DNA of 55,608 nucleotides, filler included, from Sphacelaria rigidula (Eukaryota): assembly GCA_964200075.2 (NCBI GenBank). It is 5 parts of 5 records of this genome, joined end to end, with 100 filler letters (N's around TTAATTAATTAA, not from the genome) between each part and the next. Parts side by side here need not be neighbours in the genome. Positions count along the whole stretch, not along the records: positions 44,568 to 55,608 come from CAXNAA020005489.1; 4 more parts are not named here. One strand, 5' to 3'. Every line of letters starts with the position of its first letter. Positions within the stretch are counted from its first letter, which is position 1. Below, in pieces: positions 47,036-55,608 of this stretch. The position numbers and the translations under genes were made by a program. The notes under the pieces are model-generated. The model did not search any database and was not told where the DNA came from. It saw nothing but the letters and a program-made list of their open reading frames with translations.

Positions 47036-48588
47036 ACAAGATATAGCTTATAAGCTCATTACACGGAATTAAAAAAGCACGACAAATGCAAGTATCTGCG
47101 TAAAATTCGACATGTTCGCATGGTGCACCTAAAACACAACCAGACTCGGAGAAGACTTGTTTATATCCGTTCCCTGCTCGACCAGCAGAAGTCGCCTTTT
47201 TTTCCGGTCATGTGCGTTGAGATGCGCTTTCGAAATCCTCACCTCATAAGACATGAGTCACGTCTACGTCCATTGCTCCTGAGCACCATTGGGACACTTT
47301 GAGGTATGTGTCCGGTAATAATACAAGTGGTCCCAAATACGGCAATCCGAGAGGCTGGGACGGCAAGATATCGGATCATCACTGCGAACCCAGCAGGTAT
47401 ACCTGAAACCGTCCAGTTCCCACAGCTGTACCTGAACCTCGGATAGTACCCTAAGAGTGACGAACGACATGTACCAAAATCGCGCCCGACAAATGTGCCG
47501 ATGACATCCGCAGATATAAATGATCAGTTTTTCTGCACCTTTACCGTGTATGCTTCGTTATCCCCGACTGGCACAACTTCAATTTTTCGGCTCACGTGGT
47601 TTGTCTCTTTGCCGCGCACGCTTCATTCTCCGGAGATGCAGAGAGCCGGTTTTGTTGTTTCGCTGCCTCTTTTGTGTCCCATATCTGGTCTGACCACACG
47701 CAGGCGGTACAGGGTACAGTGACAGTCCCAAACCGCTGGCTACCTGTACGGAGGTACCACGCCACACTTTGTACTGTACTGTATGGTACAAGTGCTGTAC
47801 TCCATTTTTGCGCAAAGTGGCACTGCCCCTCCCAGAGTGTGGATAGGATGAAGTAGCAGGAGTGCTAGTTCGAGTAGCCAAACCAGAACGGGTGTCAGAT
47901 TGCTCTTCCTTGCGGTGGGTGGATGACGATGTTGGCGGTTCGAAGATTTGACCCGGTAGCCATGTTCCGAGAAAAACGCCGAACAAAAGATGTGCAAACG
48001 CCTCCATATTCTTCTTTTATTCAAAAGTTATATATATATATATGTATATTCAGTCATCAAACTCGCTGATGAAGCACAAAAGCCATCAAGCATTACAACC
48101 CCGATTTTTTATTTTTCGTTACACTTCCAACCCCTCCCCCTCCCTCGTGACGAGTCCGTGGTTTCAAGAGATCCACCCATCTCTCTCCCCGGTACACACG
48201 CCTTGCATTTTTGTCTCGCGGATTGGATCATGACCATCAGCACCCCCGTACCGCGTCAACCCTCGTCAAACAAACTCATTCATTTTTTTTTTTTTTCTGT
48301 CTACTTACGTACATGCTCATGCTCTCGACGGCGGAAATCAGATACTTGTCTTGTACTTGGAAGAAATAGCAGAAACAGATCTGGCGTGAATCGGACCCAC
48401 GTTCTCTCCACCCTCCCCATGTCGATTACACCACTAGACCACGGGGGCGTGGCAGTAGATAGATATCCCATCTGGGATTATGGATATACTTGAGCGCATC
48501 ACGGCAACACCAGCCAGTCCCCACTTCACTACCCCCCATCCCCCCTTACCCCCCACCCTATCCTACTGTTTGATGTGCGCCGAACCAG

Positions 48589-48706
48589 AGCGTCCCGTCG
48601 CCAACTTCGCAGACTGCCGCCGGTTCTCTTGCTGCGAGCGGCCCACGAGATCTTGTGGGACGAAGTGACGGAGCTAGGCAGGAGGATCGCCGATGTCGGA
48701 GGAGAT
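48589..48706 (+). CDS. Exon of an HSL-family alpha/beta hydrolase (esterase/lipase)
   Basis: ASRRQLRRLPPVLLLRAAHEILWDEVTELGRRIADVGGD resembles the L..LPP.L...G..E.L.D....A.R....G.V segment. Flanked by a CCAG acceptor after a pyrimidine tract and a GTGAGC donor. Confidence 0.6.
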
Positions 48707-49350
48707 GTGAGCGCAAACATTTCGCTATTTTTTTCTGTGTTCCATTTCCATCTCTTGGGTATTTCATCATGTCAAAGAACGAAATTGTGGTCATTATTGG
48801 GTCGGAGGTGGATCGCTGGAGTCGGAGCAGATGTGAGCAAGAAGACGCCTTTCTCTTTTCTTTTTCTCTTTCGCGTCGTTCCGTTTGTATTCCTCTTATT
48901 GTCCAACAGAAATGAATGGCATGGCGGTGATTTGTGTCACAGTTGAGGGGTTTTGAGTAGTGTTCGTTGTAGAGGGGGGTTCGTCCGAACTGTGAACAGG
49001 CTTAGTCATTCAACCGTACCGTGTGCACAGAGAAATAATTATGGCCAACTAGGTTTTTTAAGGTCCGGAAACTTGCCACTTGAGGGCAGAGTGTACTTGA
49101 GAGGGGTGATGGTCGACGTATATCGACGAGGTACTCTGGATACCGGCCGATGGCCAAAGAGACGGCCGAAAATATCAGGGATATTCACGTTACACGTGCC
49201 AAAGCGTTACACGTTACGTTCACGTTACGTTTTGGCCGAAACGTAACGTGAATGTTGGAAACCTTTTTTACGTGATGAACGTAACGTGAACGTGACGTCA
49301 AAATTTTTAATGAAACGTGGACGTAACGTTATTCTTTTTTAATGTGACAT

Positions 49351-49400
49351 ACGTAACGTAACGTAACGTAACGTAACGTAACGTAACGTAACGTAACGTA
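49351..49400. repeat. (ACGTA)10 microsatellite within the hAT subterminal region
   Basis: Ten perfect copies. Confidence 0.97.
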
Positions 49401-50465
49401 ACGCAACGTGACGGAAAAATTGCCCGAACATTCGAAAGACGTAACATGAAACGTTTCACATAATGTGTAACATCTATTACACGTTACACGTGCATTAGGC
49501 GTTACACGTTTCATCTTACGTTACACGTTACATGAAACGTCATAAACCCGTTACATGAAGCGGTGACACTTCAAGTTTGCAATGAATTTTAAAATCCTAG
49601 AAGATTGTGCTTCAGACACGTACACGGTGACGTCACGCATTACACGACACGTTACAACGCCTTAAACACTGGTAAAGAGAGTCTCGGGGGAGGGGGGGGG
49701 GGGACCAGAACTCAGGGATATGCGAGAATCGACTGGAGTGTTTACGCTTGAACCCCAGGTTTGTTTTATTTTGATCCACTACGTAGGTGTGGACCGTGGC
49801 CAACTTTTCAGGGTTCAGTATTTTCTGTTCCGAATGCCACGTGGTCGGTGTCACGGTTTGAAGAGGTAAAAGTCGCGCCGTGCTTGTCTGCGTTTGTACT
49901 CTGCGCCCACTCATGCGGTGCTACCCATACAGCGCGGAAGAGCATGTACAGAGCCGTGCTACGATAGTTTGGGTGTTTGATTCCAGGAAAAAAAGACTCA
50001 TAGGTGTTTCGGACAACCTGACACACTTGCCGTGCGCTTGTATTTGGATGAAACGGCGTCAGCGTCAAGCGGTATGAATGAGCGTTATTTATCGGTAACA
50101 CGCGCGTTCGGACGACCGTTGCTTCTTTTAACGATGATTCGAAGTTGAATTTCGTGAAAGCGATGGCCCAAAACACCCCCCGTCCTAGCGTAGCATGTCT
50201 ATGGTTGTTTGTGCTGTCCACGTACCGTAGAATATGCGACAGCAGTATCGTCAACACAGCCTCCGGGTACGAACCCGGCACAGTATACAGCGTTGGGCAC
50301 ATAGGCAGTGCACCTCGGTGCCCGCTAGTCATTCACAAGTTCTTCACCTGTCGGTGTGCGGTACAGCACTAGTACAAGTTCTGATAGTTGAGAGTTGTGC
50401 TGTTGCACTGTGTGCAGATAGTTCTGTATTCTGTGCCTGTAGTAAGTGTTCTGTACTGTAGGTCG

Positions 50466-50814
50466 TGTGTGTTGTCGTCCCATCTATTCTGGACGCCGGT
50501 CTAAACCTTTCGGTATATGTGGGTGCACCAGCCGGGGTCACACAGGAGGAAGGTCAACACAGGAGCTTTTTTCTTTTATTATTTGTTTACAGTACCCCAC
50601 CTTCCTTCTGCGATGCTTGCCTTGATATTTTCATCGCGAGAGGGATTCAGCAGTCCCTTTCCCTCGTCGACCGTATAGTCGAATTTTGTGTACCCACGAC
50701 ATGATCGCTCTCCGCTGTTGGGCATGATGAAAAATCCCAGATCGCTCCGAGATTCGAACCCACGACCCAACCGTCAGAAGGTTTCGAGGTTACCAACTGA
50801 GCCACGGGGGCGAC
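50466..50814 (-). mobile_element. tRNA-derived SINE
   Basis: Head GTCGCCCCCGTGGCTCAGTTGGTAA (A box) ... GGGTTCGAATCT (B box), followed by a ~270-bp non-tRNA body and a simple-repeat tail. Confidence 0.8.
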
Positions 50815-50900
50815 TGTACCGTCTGTAGTACAAGCGTGCATATTTTGAGGAAGTGCAGTCACTCTCGATAGAGGTTCGCTACGCAGTAATCCTAGCTGCG

Positions 50901-51165
50901 TGGAGGCGAACGCGGGAACAAAGACACTTGTCGACCTAGCTAGAGATGATGCGGAAGGGCGGAAGAGGGCCACTCATGCAGCCGCTACGAGGACTTCGAC
51001 AAAGTGGCCACCCAACGGTGGTGTACCTGCGCGAGCTAACGCAAGCTTCACGTTGGGTGACCATTTCGTCAAGCCCTCGTAGCGGCTGCTTGAGCAGCCG
51101 GCTCCTGCCCTTCGCGTCATCATAAGCTAAGTCGACGGGTGTCCTAGCTCCCCCGTTCGTCCCCA
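50901..51165. repeat. Imperfect hairpin (~118-nt arms, ~30-nt loop)
   Basis: GCAGCCGCTACGAGG / CCTCGTAGCGGCTGC, CACCCAACG / CGTTGGGTG and GTCGAC.TAGCT blocks are inverted and colinear. Confidence 0.85.
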
Positions 51166-52588
51166 AGTCTTCCTCGTAGTCTTGGATCACCCTTGTGAAC
51201 GGCTGCTATCACCAGCGCTGTCACGGGCGTTCACGGCATCCGCCATCGCCCCACTTACGATATTTATCCTACGGCTGTGTTCTGTAACCGTGGTCGTTAC
51301 GGGGCAGGGCGTCTAGTTCCGTTTCCTAACCCTGAGTTGGGCACGAACGCTTTGGGGTGTTGAGCAACTCAGGGTTTATCTGAAAGTTTCCAAATTAATC
51401 CTGAGTTGTTGCGCACGTCTCTTCTCAGGGTTCAGTTTCCGGGGATAACTAGGGGAATTTATCATATCCTTGCCTTAAATCCCAACTTCTACACCCTAAC
51501 CCTGAGTTTCTCCGGCCGGGTTTTGTGTCCGAGACTCTCTACTGAAACGTTACGCTCGAACGTCATACTTGTCAACGTAACGTTATATTGGACGTTACAC
51601 GTTACATGAAACGTTTCATATAACGTTACATGTAACGAAACATAACGTTATTTTATTTTTCCCTGATGAACGTAACGTTAAATTGTCGAATGAAACGTGA
51701 ACGTAACGTGAACGTTAATGTCTTTTTACGTGATGAACGAAATGTGAACGTGAACGTGTAACGTGCATATCCCTGGAAAATATCACCCGGGATTGTTTTT
51801 TCCAAGCGGGCGGGTGTTGTTTTTTCTGAATCATGATCCACTGACCGAGCCTTCCGATCCTCTTGGTTCCGTCAGATGTCTGCCGGGGAGTAGCAAGAAG
51901 AACAAACATGAAAACAATAGGGAAAAACAGTGACGAGGGGTTGAGAGCAACAAGTTGATTGTTTTCTGCGGCTGTTGTTTCCCCGTTTGTATACATCTAT
52001 GTATTAGTGTATACATAATTTTTGCGTTCTAACGCAGTGCTGTTCGTCCAATCGTACTACGGCCGATTCCCGCTCAGCTGTTTGTTTGTTTCGGTGTTCG
52101 TCTTGATGTTTCGACTGCCAGGGTGGCGTCATTTGAGTCTCCCTCTCATTGTTTAAAAGAAAATCATACCGATTCAACAGAGATGATCCACCAAGGGAGT
52201 CAAGAGAGTTGGCGCGCACGGATGACGAACTCGTCACTTCTTGTTTCGAAGTCGATCTTTTTTGGCCGACTGAGGACATGAAGAACGTTTCTTCTAGGCG
52301 ATATATGAGACGAACGTAGCAATTCCATGGACGTGAACGCCGCAATACCATACCACGATAAATGCCTATGCTTTGGTCTTTTCTCCCGTAGATTACGGTG
52401 GATATTTACCCGTCCCTGTCCTGTGACGACATTCCCAGCACATTGAGGCACTTGATGCCGTGGCACCTTGTATAGTCATTGGACAACGACTTCGGTGGCA
52501 TACTGTACCTCTCTTTCAACTGGATCCAACCGTCCATTTTCGGGAACGTTTAGATGATTTCGCCTCAATGGGCACCACGTGAAACTTG

Positions 52589-53248
52589 CAAAGGGTCAGA
52601 CTGAAAATGCTTGAAAATTGCCTTATTTACTCCTTTTGGGACCGGATTCCCAGAAACATGTGGATTGCACGTAGGGGCCTTTGTGTAAATCGGCATAATT
52701 TCCCGTGATTCGTACTATCAGACACAGTCGGACAGTGAGGGTGACTTATCCTACCCGGACGGTGGGTGTGTAGGTTGTAGCTTCTCACTCGGTGAAAGGG
52801 TACGGAGTGTGCGGAGCCGCGACGTGGACTTGAACAAGACGGACTTTGCAAGTCGGTTTGGGTTGAGACACAGAGTGACAGGGTAGGGGATGCGTCCACG
52901 AGTAAGCATCCCGAGACGGGAGAATGACGATCCCAGACTGGGGATTGGATGATGACAGTCCCGGAGTGACAGACCCGGGGAGACGATTCGGGTTGACTAG
53001 CCCGGGGTTATTAGTAAGCGGGTCGGGTCATACAGAGGTCATGATAACAGTACCGTACGAATTATTCCTCGGGATTTGTTTTTGAGCATTGTGCCCCAGG
53101 TACGCGCACCCCAGGCACGTGAAACAGCGCAAATTTTGCGTAGAGACTCGTTCAACATGCGGCCAACATTTGTCTCTCTTTCGAGCAATCAGGCCTCAGG
53201 TATCATAGGTTCGGTGACTCGCATCAGCGAAGATTCATCTGGCCCTTG
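52589..53248 (+). mobile_element. hAT-like MITE (copy F) carrying a ~400-bp insertion
   Basis: CAAAGGGTCAGAC ... GATTCATCTGGCCCTTG ends, perfect 8-bp TSD GAAACTTG (52581-52588 and 53249-53256). 53050-53248 aligns with 19850-20054. Confidence 0.8.
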
Positions 53249-55608
53249 GAAACTTGAAGCCATGACCCCGAAATGTTTGCGTTTGCCAAAATCTTATCGA
53301 TATAAATCTGTCTATCCGTCTATGCACAAGGTGCGTGTTTGTAAGCGTTCGGCAGTCAGTGCAACACTCAGTGCCTGTCCCGTCGAGAAAGTCGAGGTTG
53401 ACGCAAGAAAAGAAAAAAAAACGTCGAGGGAGTGCCGATTCCGGAGATGTGGTTGCTCTTGCCGACTCCGTGCTATCGAGGGGAAGTTCTCCCCAACCCG
53501 TCTCCCCAAATCCGTGGTTGAGCATGCTTGGGTTCTGTCGAACCCTAGGGCTCCCCCTGAAACCAACCTCAACCTCAAGAAAGACCGAGAGCTCTCGGGC
53601 ACAGGGATGGATATATGAGGGTACCCTAGGCATAGTGTGCGTTCGCAGAGTTGTAATCGTCGCCGATTTGAACCGAGATGCGTGGTGCAGACGCTGGGCG
53701 GACGCTCGGGATGTCAACCCCGTCGAAGATCCGAATATTTATTATGGTTCACACACCAAAGCCAAGTATATTTCAACCATGAGTTTCGGAAAGCCGGATC
53801 GGGGAGAAACTCAGCTGCCTCAGTCTGACTCGAGAGTTACATCAGTTATTTCGAAGGGTCATGGTTCGTGTGACCTGAGCCGTGTCGTACGATTCCATGG
53901 AGGAGTCAGTCCCACAGTAGTGCCAGCTGGGTCAGAGTCGCACGGGTGAGACTCGGAGCTATCACACGTACAAGAACTTGCGTTTTTGGGAATATACCAT
54001 CGATAATCGATCTGTCTACGCGTAAGGCCGGTAGCTTGGCAGTGCAGCAGTGTGGCAGTGCAGCAGTGCCCTCCCCGCTGAGAAAGTCGAGGTTTGAAAA
54101 AAAAAGGAAAAGTTGTCGATGGAGTGCAAATGCCGTTGAACCTTGGCTGCCCTAGTCTGCCGCGTGCTCTGTGTATCGACGGTGCAGCACGTTGTTTTAG
54201 GCACAAACGTTTGTGAAACATGTATTCTATTATCGTATGATAATAAACATGTTGACGAAGAAGAAATAAAGAAACGGAATATTTCTTGAATCTTGGAGCA
54301 GTGATCGCACGAATGCGAACACCTGTGTTGAACACTCGCTACACTTTCCATGAAGGCTTGCGTCTTGATCCCTTGTAACGTTTTTTTTTGCGTTCACGTT
54401 TTTTTCATTATTACCAGGTACATGATTCGTGTTTTCACCTTTAGTTTTGTGCGTGTCTTCCTTGCCTATTTTTTTGGTGTCTGTCCTTTCCCCTCCCACA
54501 CCCGTTCAGGTGCAAGAAATGCAAACTCAGGGGTGCATACACGGCATGTTCGCGAAGTCGGGAAGTACATGTGGCACGGTGTCGCTCGAAGTCACAACCC
54601 GATATCTGCAAGAACGCTGCGGGTAGCATTTTTCTTAGAATGAGAGTCCCGCCACAGTGCGGTCGAAATCGCTTGTCACAAGTCCGATCCGCTATGATAT
54701 TATTAGGTAACTGCACCATACCGATACAGTGCGGGGTCCCCGAGTAGCGCGGTCATGCCGGGCTGGCGACCCACCACACCATGCTGGGACCCCCATTGTA
54801 GACTCGTGTTCGGAATCATGCAGAAAAGGCGTTGAGAGTGCGTTCCTAGTACTGCACCATTGTTTTTTTGTATCCAGCCGTGTTTTCTCATCTCGAGAGC
54901 CGTGTCGATGAAACGGTCTCCGCAGAAGACAACAGTGACGGCATGTCTCTCGCGTCAGCACAGGGGCATCTCGGTTGCCGAGATTATTTTTCTTATAAAT
55001 AGTCCACACTTACAGGTGCCTCTCTATGTGAAGAATGTTGGTGGTACGTCAATTTACACGGATGTCGATTCGTGACATCTACGTGGGGTTGTTGCGGGGA
55101 GACACTTCGGGGAAGCCGCAACGCTGCAGCGAAAAAGCGCCCACCTGGACTGATCGTGGTACTCGAGACAGAACGATTTTGGCTTGTAAATTCAACTATA
55201 ATAGAAGCACGAGATGTTTTCCGTGTGTCGTTTTTCCCGTGCGGGACTTGTGGAATTTGGTGCGAGTGTGTCACGTAACCGAGTTTGTTGTGATTGAGGC
55301 AAGCCTAAAAAATGAGGAGGTTGTTCAGCGCACTGTTTAGGGTACCCTGGAGTAGTATTCGGCATTTTCGGCACTCGATATCTCAGTCCAGTTGGCTATT
55401 CGGTGCCGAAAGTTACACAAATCTGGAAACCCAGCGGGTGCCCTTGGATACGGTGCGGTATGATACCCTACACCCACCACCTTAGGCGAGTACTAGCATA
55501 CATTTACCTGGGGGGGGGGGGGGGGGGGGGGGGGGGGGAGAAAAAATTTCTTGGGGGGAATGGGGGGGAGGGGGGGGTGTATTAGGCGGGGGGGGGGGGG
55601 GGGGGGGG

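Larger units (their letters stand above)
49676..51540. mobile_element. Nested TIR element inside the hAT element
   Basis: 12-bp TIR AGAGAGTCTCGG / CCGAGACTCTCT with AACTCAGGG / CCCTGAGTT subterminal motifs at both ends. TSD unclear. Confidence 0.65.
49176..51775. mobile_element. Non-autonomous hAT-type DNA transposon with nested insertions
   Basis: TIR CAGGGATAT(T/G)CACGTTACACGT at both ends, perfect 8-bp TSD GAAAATAT (49168-49175 and 51776-51783), and ACGT(A/G)A-rich subterminal arrays. Confidence 0.93.

Noticed and set aside
50740..50814. Functional tRNA gene
   Set aside because: A and B boxes are present, but the acceptor and T stems pair poorly and it continues into a SINE-like body.
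51320..51510. Telomeric CCCTAA repeats
   Set aside because: Only isolated CCTAACCCTGAG motifs occur, forming subterminal repeats of a TIR element. There is no array.
52392..52475. Next hydrolase exon (strong acceptor, phase 0, ITVDIYPSLSCDD..)
   Set aside because: Position and first residues fit, but the expected catalytic His motif (G..H.F) is absent and a stop follows after 27 aa. Not supportable without RNA data.
55509..55608. Terminal G-rich tract as a functional G-quadruplex or telomere
   Set aside because: It is low-complexity sequence at a contig end and could be a sequencing or assembly artefact.

Overview
Eukaryotic, transposon-rich genomic DNA. It is probably from a brown alga (Phaeophyceae); this is inferred from intron style, retroelement protein style and an Ectocarpus-type ankyrin gene. 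The window is not one locus. It is five contigs of near-identical length (11043, 11042, 11041, 11041, 11041 bp) joined by artificial 100-bp spacers (44 N + TTAATTAATTAA + 44 N), so no linkage can be inferred across spacers. Supported host genes: 3' exons of 8-amino-7-oxononanoate synthase (bioF, minus strand), the large terminal exon of an ankyrin-repeat protein, and one exon of an HSL-type alpha/beta hydrolase. The rest is decayed or nested mobile DNA: two copia remnants, two nested gypsy-like remnants, hAT-type non-autonomous elements with 8-bp target-site duplications (TSDs), a tRNA-derived SINE, foldback elements and tandem repeats. I found no CRISPR array, operon or clearly novel multi-gene system. 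The most unusual items are a 444-bp loopless palindrome with a 4-bp TSD, a related AACAG-terminated foldback, and a three-tier nested hAT element.
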